In this document: piece by piece, positions 38,193 to 47,664 of the stretch
How the letters are laid out: every line of letters starts with the position of its first letter
How positions within the stretch are numbered: position 1 is the first letter of the stretch
Assembly (NCBI GenBank): GCA_013153725.1
Contig: JAADDY010000068.1
Span: 1-47,664, forward strand
From: Thermodesulfobacteriota bacterium
Lineage (GTDB): Bacteria > Desulfobacterota > Thermodesulfobacteria > Thermodesulfobacteriales > Thermodesulfatatoraceae
Length of the DNA stretch: 47,664 bases
Reading direction: 5' to 3'
Notes under the pieces: generated by a model
Seen by the model: only the letters and a program-made list of their open reading frames with translations
Told to the model about the DNA's origin: nothing
Databases searched by the model: none
Position numbers and translations under genes: made by a program

Positions 38193-39107
38193 TTAAGCGT
38201 CAAGTTTAAGTCCACCTCTAAGTGAAGATAAATTTTCCCCCTCTTTCAGGAGCGAGGGAAGAACCGTCTCTATTTCCTGCAAAATTTGGGAGGGGTTTTG
38301 CGGATCAAGGAGGGTGGCTGTGCCTACCTGAACGGCGCTTGCCCCGCAAAGAATGTATTCCAGGACGTCTTTTCCGCTCGTGATTCCTCCACAGCCGAAG
38401 ATGGGAGCCCTGAAACGTTGCCAGAGTTCGAAGACCAGCTTGAGTGTCAGAGGTTTGACGGCTGGCCCGGAAAGCCCTCCGAAGCCCCGGCTGAGGGCTG
38501 GTTTGCGTTGCCAGAGATCCACTACCATGGCCGGGTAGGTGTTGGCCGCGGTGAGGGCGTCTGCCCCGGCGGAGAGGGCGGCCTCTGCCACCTCGAAGAC
38601 TGGCCCCACCGGAGAAAGTTTTACCACTAAAAACCCCTGGTAGATGTCCCGTACCTCTTGCACGAGCACCTTTACCGCCGAGGCGTCCTGGGCAAAAGAT
38701 AGCCCACCCTTTTCCACGTTGGGGCAGGAAATGTTGAGCTCGATCCCGGCCAGGGGCAGGGAAGAAAGTTTTGTGATCACTTCCAGAAATTCCTGGATGG
38801 TCTCGCCGAAGACGTTGACCAGGATGTTCCTGTTTGACTTCGAGAGCCAGGGCCAGATGTGCTGGCAAAAGGTTTCCACTCCGGGATTTTCGAGCCCGAT
38901 AGCATTCACCAGGCCGCAAGGGGTCTCCGCCAGCCGCGGAGGAGGGTTTCCTTCCCGGGGGTGGAGAGAGATGCCCTTGGTAAAGAGCCCTCCCAGGCTC
39001 GAAAGGTCGAGGTGATCCTTCAGGCGCTCTCCGAAGCCCCAGGTCCCGGAGGCGAGAAAGATGGGGTTGGGGGCCTTGAGAGGCCCAATCTCTACCGCAA
39101 GATCCAT
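38193..39107 (-). CDS. pyrD: Dihydroorotate dehydrogenase, class 1B catalytic subunit
   Basis: NPIFLASGT, GNPPPRLAET, NAIGLENPG, ELNISCPNV, GGLSGPAVKP, VQVGTA. Confidence 0.95.
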   Translation of the reverse strand: MDLAVEIGPLKAPNPIFLASGTWGFGERLKDHLDLSSLGGLFTKGISLHPREGNPPPRLAETPCGLVNAIGLENPGVETFCQHIWPWLSKSNRNILVNVFGETIQEFLEVITKLSSLPLAGIELNISCPNVEKGGLSFAQDASAVKVLVQEVRDIYQGFLVVKLSPVGPVFEVAEAALSAGADALTAANTYPAMVVDLWQRKPALSRGFGGLSGPAVKPLTLKLVFELWQRFRAPIFGCGGITSGKDVLEYILCGASAVQVGTATLLDPQNPSQILQEIETVLPSLLKEGENLSSLRGGLKLDA

Positions 39108-39136
39108 GCCCTAATCCTAGCCCCTTTCCTGAAAGA

Positions 39137-40642
39137 TTACCAGGAGAGGAGATCGAGGGCTCGGTACTGGAGCGCCTCCAGAAGATGGGGGCCTTTGATT
39201 TCTGTTTCTCCGGAGAGGTCTGCGATGGTGCGGGCAATCTTTAAGACCCGGTGGTAAGCCCGGGCCGAAAGGTTGAGCTTGCGGGCGGCTCGTTCGAGAA
39301 GAGACCTTTCCTCGCGGCCAAGGGGGCAATGCTCTTCGATCTCCGCCGGGGTCAAAGACGAGTTGGTCCGGCCCTTCCCGAGGCGTTCTTCCTGCCTTTT
39401 GCGGGCTTGAAGGACTCTTTCTTTTACTTGGGCGGAGCTTTCCTGCGGAGCTTTGCCGGCCAGGTCTTTGTAATCCACCGCTGGCACTTCCACCTGGAGA
39501 TCGATGCGATCAAGAAGGGGGCCGGAGAGCTTCTGACGGTAGCGCCGCACCTCCTGGGGGCTGCACTGGCAGGGCCGCTGGCGATCTCCGTAGTAGCCGC
39601 AACGGCAGGGGTTCATGGCGGCCAAAAGGAGGAAGCGGGCCGGATAGGTGATGCTCATTTGGGCCCGGGAGATGGTAATTTCACCGGCTTCAAGAGGCTC
39701 CCTCAGGGCCTCGAGGGCGTTTCGACGAAACTCCGGAAGCTCGTCCAGGAACAGGACGCCGTGGTGGGCGAGGGAGATCTCCCCTGGCCTTGGCGGGTTC
39801 CCTCCCCCGATGAGGCCGGCGTCTGAAATGGTGTGATGCGGGGCGCGGAAGGGTCGCCTCGTGAGCAGAGGCTTTTGGGGGTCAAGGAGCCCCAGGACAC
39901 TATAGATGCGGCTGGTTTCCAGGGCCTCTTCGTAAGTGAGGGGTGGCAGAATGCCGGGGAGCCTTTTGGCGAGCATGGTCTTTCCTGCTCCGGGTGGCCC
40001 GATGAAGAGGAGGTTGTGGCCCCCTGCCGCGGCGATTTCAAGGGCCCTCTTGGCGTGCTCCTGGCCCACCACCTCGGAAAGATCCGGCCCGGTCTCTTCC
40101 GCACCCGTATTTTGAGGGAGGGTGGAGGTCTTTTCCTGCCCCAGATTCAAGACGGCCTCTTTCAGGTGAGAAACCGCAAGCACCCTGAGATCTTTTGCCA
40201 GCGAAGCCTCGGGGAGGTTGCCTTCCGGGCAGACCAGCACCAGGCCCTTCTTCTGGGCCAGCAGGGCAACGGGTAACACCCCGGAGACGGGTTTGAGTTT
40301 TCCATCAAGAGAGAGCTCCCCGTAAAAGAGGTATTTGCTGAGCTGATCCTGGGGCACGATTCCGCCAGCAGCCAGCAGAGCCACGGCCAGAGGGAGATCA
40401 AAGGCGCTACCTTCTTTTTTGAGGTCTGCCGGGGCGAGATTGGCGGTAATCTTTTGCAGCGGGAAGGGGAACCCTGCGTTTCTAATGGCGGCCCGGAGCC
40501 TTTCCTTGCTCTCCTTCACCGCTCCCTGGGGCAGACCCACGATGGCAAACCCCGGAAGCCCCTGGGAGATGTCCACCTCCACCTCTACCAGATAGGCCTC
40601 CACACCCAGAATGGCGGCGGAAAAGACCTTGGCAAGCAACAC
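39137..40642 (-). CDS. YifB/ComM family Mg-chelatase-like AAA+ ATPase
   Basis: NLAPADLKKEGSAFDL, GPPGAGKTMLA, RPFRAPHHT, LFLDELPEF, SGPLLDRIDL, ARTIADL. Confidence 0.95.
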   Translation of the reverse strand: MLLAKVFSAAILGVEAYLVEVEVDISQGLPGFAIVGLPQGAVKESKERLRAAIRNAGFPFPLQKITANLAPADLKKEGSAFDLPLAVALLAAGGIVPQDQLSKYLFYGELSLDGKLKPVSGVLPVALLAQKKGLVLVCPEGNLPEASLAKDLRVLAVSHLKEAVLNLGQEKTSTLPQNTGAEETGPDLSEVVGQEHAKRALEIAAAGGHNLLFIGPPGAGKTMLAKRLPGILPPLTYEEALETSRIYSVLGLLDPQKPLLTRRPFRAPHHTISDAGLIGGGNPPRPGEISLAHHGVLFLDELPEFRRNALEALREPLEAGEITISRAQMSITYPARFLLLAAMNPCRCGYYGDRQRPCQCSPQEVRRYRQKLSGPLLDRIDLQVEVPAVDYKDLAGKAPQESSAQVKERVLQARKRQEERLGKGRTNSSLTPAEIEEHCPLGREERSLLERAARKLNLSARAYHRVLKIARTIADLSGETEIKGPHLLEALQYRALDLLSW

Positions 40643-40913
40643 GGCCTCCAGCTTCTTGGCGCTGGTTTATTTTTCGACGCCAGAGGACGAGAACTTGATT
40701 TGTTTTCGACGGGAAGCGTCAAAAAAGCGACAATTTTGTTTGCTCCACAGACTATTGCGGAGAGCACAAAATAAATGACACCTTGTTGAAGGTTGTTGCG
40801 AGCGGACCTCGATCGCCACGGTGGCGGCCTTGCCTTGCGATACAAGGACGTTTTTGTTGAGTAAAAAAGCGCTCCCGGCAATAAAAAGTTTGATAGAAGT
40901 GGGGCAAGTTTTT

Positions 40914-40929
40914 TGGCACGGGTTTTGTA
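40914..40929 (+). promoter_or_regulatory. Sigma54 (-24/-12)-like promoter
   Basis: TGGCACG-GGTT-TTGTA against consensus TGGCACG-N4-TTGCW; one mismatch at the conserved -12 C. Confidence 0.55.
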
Positions 40930-40939
40930 TCATTTCTTG

Positions 40940-41001
40940 TCAGTTTTGCCCAAAATCCCCCTCCCTCTAAGGTTTGCCCCCGCCACTGGCGGGGGTTTTT
41001 T
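40940..41001 (+). ncRNA. Candidate small RNA (~60 nt)
   Basis: Lies between the sigma54-like promoter and an orphan terminator; no ORF; contains AAAAUCCCCCUCCCUCU. 5' end inferred from promoter geometry. Confidence 0.5.
40977..41001 (+). terminator. Rho-independent terminator with no upstream plus-strand CDS
   Basis: CCCCCGCC-act-GGCGGGGG followed by TTTTTT. Confidence 0.85.
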
Positions 41002-41044
41002 CTTTTACTTGAAGCCTAGGGAGAGAATAATATAGTGTGAGAGC

Positions 41045-43752
<2,708 letters not shown>

Positions 43753-43819
43753 TTTCTCTGTTGCTTCTCAGGCGAAGGGAGACCATATTTTGACTTGAGA
43801 CCTGCCAAAGGAGGCGGAG

Positions 43820-44881
43820 ATGATTTCCTTCCGCAAGGAAAAGCACATCAAGACCTTTCACAACCCGCTGAACAATTTTGCCCCGGAAAGCCAGGAGGTG
43901 GAGATCCGTTTCGATCCCCTGCTGGACCATTTCGCCGTCTTCAATCCCGCCCTGGAAGACAAGGTGCGCCTCTTCTTCGGAAAGCACGACTGGTCCCTGG
44001 TCGAAAAGGTGGCCGAGGCCACCCGGGAGCAGTGTTTCATGTGCCCGCCCAAGGTGCGGGAGATAACACCCAAGTATCCGGAAGACTTCATCCCCGAAGG
44101 GCGCCTGGTGCGGGGCGAATGCACGCTCTTTCCCAACCTCTTCCCCACCACGCCGCGGCACGCCGTCATCGCCGTGGGAGAGGCCCATTTCAGGCGCCTT
44201 GAGGACTTTAGCCCGGAGCTTGTGGCCGACGGCCTGGCCCTGGGGCTTGATTTCCTGCGCCTGGTGGCCGAGGAAGACCCGGCCATGCGCTTCGGCTGTG
44301 TTTGTGCCAACTTCCTGCCCCCAGCCGGGGCAAGCCTCGTCCATCCCCATTTTCAGGTGGTGGCCAACAAGGAGGCCTTCCCGCAGCAGAAGCGCCTCCT
44401 TGAAAGAAGCTTCGCCTACTACGCCCGATGCGGCAAAAATTTCTGGGAGGAACTCGCCGCCAGAGAGAAAGAAGAAGGCGAGCGGTTCCTCGGCCAATTC
44501 GGGAGGGTGGTCTTCCTGGCAAGCTTTGCCCCCCTGGGGGGCAACGAAGTCCAGGCCCTCGTCGAGGGAGCCAGGGGGCTTTCCGAGATCACCCAGGAAG
44601 ACGTCCTGGACCTTGCCCGTGGGATTAGTGCTTGCCTCAAGGGCTACGCCGAAATGGGCTACGGCACCTTTAACTTTACCCTTTTCCTGCCGCCTTTAGG
44701 TGAGAAGACTTCCTGGTTCACCCCGCATTTGCGTCTCATCACCCGGCAAAATTTCTATGAAAATTACCGCACCGATGATTATTTTTTGCAGCGGCAACTG
44801 GCCTCGGAGCTGATCCTGACACCTCCTGAGAAGATGGCGCAGGTGATGCGAAAATTTTTTGAAGAAGGAGGGGCTTCATGA
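43820..44881 (+). CDS. GalT-like nucleotidyltransferase (HIT superfamily)
   Basis: EIRFDPL, CFMCP, FPNLFP, and GASLVHPHFQ (HxHxQ active site); SD AAAGGAGG. Confidence 0.85.
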   Translation: MISFRKEKHIKTFHNPLNNFAPESQEVEIRFDPLLDHFAVFNPALEDKVRLFFGKHDWSLVEKVAEATREQCFMCPPKVREITPKYPEDFIPEGRLVRGECTLFPNLFPTTPRHAVIAVGEAHFRRLEDFSPELVADGLALGLDFLRLVAEEDPAMRFGCVCANFLPPAGASLVHPHFQVVANKEAFPQQKRLLERSFAYYARCGKNFWEELAAREKEEGERFLGQFGRVVFLASFAPLGGNEVQALVEGARGLSEITQEDVLDLARGISACLKGYAEMGYGTFNFTLFLPPLGEKTSWFTPHLRLITRQNFYENYRTDDYFLQRQLASELILTPPEKMAQVMRKFFEEGGAS

Positions 44882-45402
44882 GAAACGGCTGGTCTCCCTA
44901 TCTCGGTGGTTTTCTGACGGGGGTGCTCCTCATCGTCTCGGTCCTGGTGACGCAGAAGTTCCTTGGCAAACCCAAATACCTGGGCACTTCTACGGCCTAC
45001 GTGAGGGTGGCGGGCCTCATCGAGGAGAAGCTCTCGCCTGCGGCGAGCAGGCTTTCCTACTACCAGAAGTATGTGCCGCGGGTGGACTGGAAGGTGAGTC
45101 TGGTCTTTGTGGGGGTGCCGCTCGGCGCCCTTCTGGCGGCCCTCAAAAACGGCGAGTTCCGGCCCCATCTGATCCCTCCTCGCTGGAAGGAGAGCTTTGG
45201 CGAGCGTCCGGCCCTCCGTGCCCTGACCGCCTTTCTCGGAGGGTTCCTCATCGTATACGGTGCAAGGCTTGCCGGTGGCTGCCCCAGCGGGCACGGCCTC
45301 TCCGGCATGTCTCAGCTTTCCCTCTCCGGGTTTTTGACGGTGATGGGGTTTTTCATCGGTGGCATCCCTCTGGCGCTAATCCTTTATCGGAGGAGGAAGT
45401 AA
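44878..45402 (+). CDS. YeeE/YedE sulfur-compound transporter family, first half-type protein
   Basis: WSPYLGG, LGTSTAY, GARLAGGCPSGHGLSG; ATGA overlap with the GalT-like gene. Confidence 0.9.
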   Translation: MRNGWSPYLGGFLTGVLLIVSVLVTQKFLGKPKYLGTSTAYVRVAGLIEEKLSPAASRLSYYQKYVPRVDWKVSLVFVGVPLGALLAALKNGEFRPHLIPPRWKESFGERPALRALTAFLGGFLIVYGARLAGGCPSGHGLSGMSQLSLSGFLTVMGFFIGGIPLALILYRRRK

Positions 45403-45927
45403 ATGGAGCTGCTACTCGGTTTTCTCACCGGTCTCATCTGGGGTTACATCTTTCAACGGGCCCGGATCTTGCGCTTCGAAAAACACATTGGCCTTCTCAC
45501 CCTGAAGGACTTTGACATTCTCAAGTTTCTCCTCACCGGGGTCATCGTGGGGAGCCTGGGAGTCAATCTTCTGGCCCAATTCGGGCTGGTTACCTACGCC
45601 GTGAAGCCCACTTACGTGCTCGCTAACCTCCTCGGCGGCATCATCTATGGTCTGGGCTGGGCCCTTCTGGGCTACTGCCCCGGGACCACCGGCGGCGCCT
45701 TGGCCGAGGGGGCCTTCGACGGGTTCTTCGGTATCCTGGGGGGCCTCTTCGGGGCCATTGTCTTTGCCCACACCTACGACTTCTGGAAGGCAAAGGTCCT
45801 GACCGTCGGAGCCCTGGGGAAGGTCACCATTCCGTCTTTGCTGGGGGTCTCTCCGGCACTTGCGGGTATCGTCTTTAGCCTCATGCTCCTTGGCTTTTGC
45901 CTCTTTCTGGAGAAAAAGGGCCTCTGA
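45403..45927 (+). CDS. YeeE/YedE family, second half-type protein
   Basis: FQRA, LGGIIYGLGWALLGYCPGT; SD AGGAGG. Confidence 0.9.
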   Translation: MELLLGFLTGLIWGYIFQRARILRFEKHIGLLTLKDFDILKFLLTGVIVGSLGVNLLAQFGLVTYAVKPTYVLANLLGGIIYGLGWALLGYCPGTTGGALAEGAFDGFFGILGGLFGAIVFAHTYDFWKAKVLTVGALGKVTIPSLLGVSPALAGIVFSLMLLGFCLFLEKKGL

Positions 45928-46688
45928 TGCGAAGCTTTCCCCTCATTGAAAAAGAAGCCCTGGCCCCGGGGTTCTTTCGTTTCCGCCTGCGCGGAAGCCT
46001 GGGGGGCAGGCCGGGCCAGTTCGTCATGGTAAAGGCCTGGCCCGGGCTTGATCCTCTGCTTGCAAGGCCACTTTCCATCCACGACCAGGACGAAGACTCC
46101 TTCCGGTTCCTCTTTCAGGTAAGAGGGCGGGGCACCGCCATCCTCGCCCGCCAGGAGGTGGGAGACGAAATCCTGGTGCTCGGCCCTCTGGGCCAAGGTT
46201 TTGAGACGGGCTCCGAAGGCCCGGCACTTCTGGTGGCGGGAGGCATCGGGATAGCCCCCTTTCTCTTTTTGGCCAGGGAGCTTCGGGCGCGGGGGAGGGA
46301 GGTCTATCTCTTCTACGGGGCCCGGACGGCAGCCGAACTCCTGCTCCTTGAAGAGTTCGAGTCTCTGGGGGTAAGGCTCCATCTCGCCACGGAAGATGGA
46401 AGCGCCGGGGTGAAGGGCTTCGTCAGCGAGCCCCTGGTTTCTTTCTTGAAGGAGTCGCCCGAAGGAACCCTTTACGCCTGCGGCCCCACACCAATGCTGC
46501 AGGCCGTAAGCAGGATAGCGCGGGAATTTGGGCTGCGGGCCTACGTTTCGCTCGAAGCCCGGATGGCCTGTGGCCTCGGGATGTGCCTTGGTTGTACGGT
46601 TCCCCGGGCAGAGGGAGGCTTCCTCCACGTCTGCACCGAGGGGCCCGTGGTCCCCGCGGAGAGGGTCTTCAGAGAAGCTCCTCCTTGA
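45927..46688 (+). CDS. pyrK: Dihydroorotate dehydrogenase electron transfer subunit
   Basis: [47 protein letters not shown]...VCTEGPV; TGATG overlap with the upstream gene. Confidence 0.92.
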   Translation: MRSFPLIEKEALAPGFFRFRLRGSLGGRPGQFVMVKAWPGLDPLLARPLSIHDQDEDSFRFLFQVRGRGTAILARQEVGDEILVLGPLGQGFETGSEGPALLVAGGIGIAPFLFLARELRARGREVYLFYGARTAAELLLLEEFESLGVRLHLATEDGSAGVKGFVSEPLVSFLKESPEGTLYACGPTPMLQAVSRIAREFGLRAYVSLEARMACGLGMCLGCTVPRAEGGFLHVCTEGPVVPAERVFREAPP

Positions 46689-47664
46689 AGACCGGACGGA
46701 TCTCCACGCCTCTTTCCTGCAGGTATTTTTTGACCTCTTCGATGCTCACTTCCCGGCGGTGGAAGATGCCAGCCGCCAGCGCCGCTTCCACGTCGGTCTT
46801 TACGAAGACTTCGTAGAAGTGTTCCGGGCAGCCGGCTCCGCTCGAGGCAATCACCGGGATGGAGACGGCCTCCTTGACCGCCTGGATGAGTTCGATGTCA
46901 AAGCCCTGGTTGGTGCCGTCGCGGTCGATGCTGTTCAAGAGGATTTCGCCGGCGCCAAGCTTTTCGCACACCCTGGCGAGGGTGATGGCATCAAGGTCTC
47001 GCCCCTCGCGCCCGCCTTTGATGGTGCACTGGAACCAGCAATACCGTTCCCCGTTGGGGCCGGGGATCTCGGTCTCGATGACAGGGTGTCTGGTCTTTGC
47101 CGGAGAATCCACGTAAACCCGGCGGGGGTCGATGGAGATCACTACCGCCTGGGCCCCGTAGACGCGGGAGATGGTCTCGATGGAGCTTTTGCCGGTGGCT
47201 TTGCCGGTGCGAAGATATTCCTCCACAATGAGGACGGCGTCACTTCCGATGGAGACCTTGTCCGCCCCGGAGCGGAAGTACTCCGCCGCCACTTCCAGCG
47301 CGGAATAAAAGCGCCCGTCCCGATCCATGAAGTCTCTGATCCCTCCGCCGATGGTGAGGGGAACGAAAACGTTTTGCGAAGTGAGGCGCAGGACCTCGAG
47401 CATGGGAAGATCTTTGAGGGGGAAGTCTCTGAAACCGGTGATGTTCAGGAAGGTGATTTCGTCGGCCCCTTCGGTGTAGTAGCGGCGGGCCAGTTCCACG
47501 GGTTTGCCCAGGTTGCGCACGCGCCCTGCTTCCCGCACGTCGTACTGGTCTCCCTTGGTGACCACGAGGTCCCCCTCGTCGTTGGTGCGCACGTCAAGAC
47601 AGGCCACGATGCGCTTGGCAAGGCGCGTCTTTTCCGGGCTGCGAGGAGGTTTGACCGCCGGAAG
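46669..47664 (-). CDS. hisF: Imidazole glycerol phosphate synthase cyclase domain, probably the C-terminal half of a fused HisH-HisF; 5'-truncated
   Basis: Frame is open to the window edge: [45 protein letters not shown]...[33 protein letters not shown]. Confidence 0.93.
   Translation of the reverse strand, partial: LPAVKPPRSPEKTRLAKRIVACLDVRTNDEGDLVVTKGDQYDVREAGRVRNLGKPVELARRYYTEGADEITFLNITGFRDFPLKDLPMLEVLRLTSQNVFVPLTIGGGIRDFMDRDGRFYSALEVAAEYFRSGADKVSIGSDAVLIVEEYLRTGKATGKSSIETISRVYGAQAVVISIDPRRVYVDSPAKTRHPVIETEIPGPNGERYCWFQCTIKGGREGRDLDAITLARVCEKLGAGEILLNSIDRDGTNQGFDIELIQAVKEAVSIPVIASSGAGCPEHFYEVFVKTDVEAALAAGIFHRREVSIEEVKKYLQERGVEIRPVFKEELL

Noticed and set aside
40900-40960. Minus-strand GGCAAAAC...GAAA...ACAAAACC resembling a c-di-GMP-I riboswitch
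   Set aside because: No stem closes the GAAA loop and no tetraloop-receptor hairpin is present; the plus-strand promoter/terminator reading fits better.
45400-45405. In-frame TAA-ATG between the two YeeE genes, suggesting a broken single gene
   Set aside because: The stop is TAA, there is an AGGAGG SD before the second ATG, and two-gene YeeE/YedE pairs are common.

Overview
Mostly housekeeping chromosome from a moderately GC-rich anaerobe; gene content and protein style suggest a thermophilic Thermodesulfobacteriota/deltaproteobacterial lineage (inference). About 50 CDS: hisA, RNase II family, gatB, mtnA, surE, argJ, proS, tlyA, folE2, folK, dapL, ino1, ispG, rsmI, LPS heptose genes, cpoB, pyrD/pyrK/pyrG, rsmG and a fused-type hisHF. 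I saw no tRNA, rRNA, CRISPR array or transposase. The main result is an octaheme tetrathionate-reductase-family cytochrome c (7379-9010, minus). The ORF track splits it at one in-frame TGA, which falls on the family's conserved NN(F/Y)C cysteine and is followed directly by a SECIS-like hairpin. It is therefore a probable selenocysteine-containing octaheme cytochrome, paired with a cytochrome b and flanked by c-di-GMP enzymes. Other leads: an intact folK with no ATG/GTG/TTG start (candidate ACG start), an orphan sigma54-like promoter plus terminator enclosing a ~60-nt candidate sRNA, an unannotated 28-aa membrane microprotein, a GalT/APAT-like gene coupled to a YeeE pair, and a LysR resembling the selenium-metabolism-associated family.
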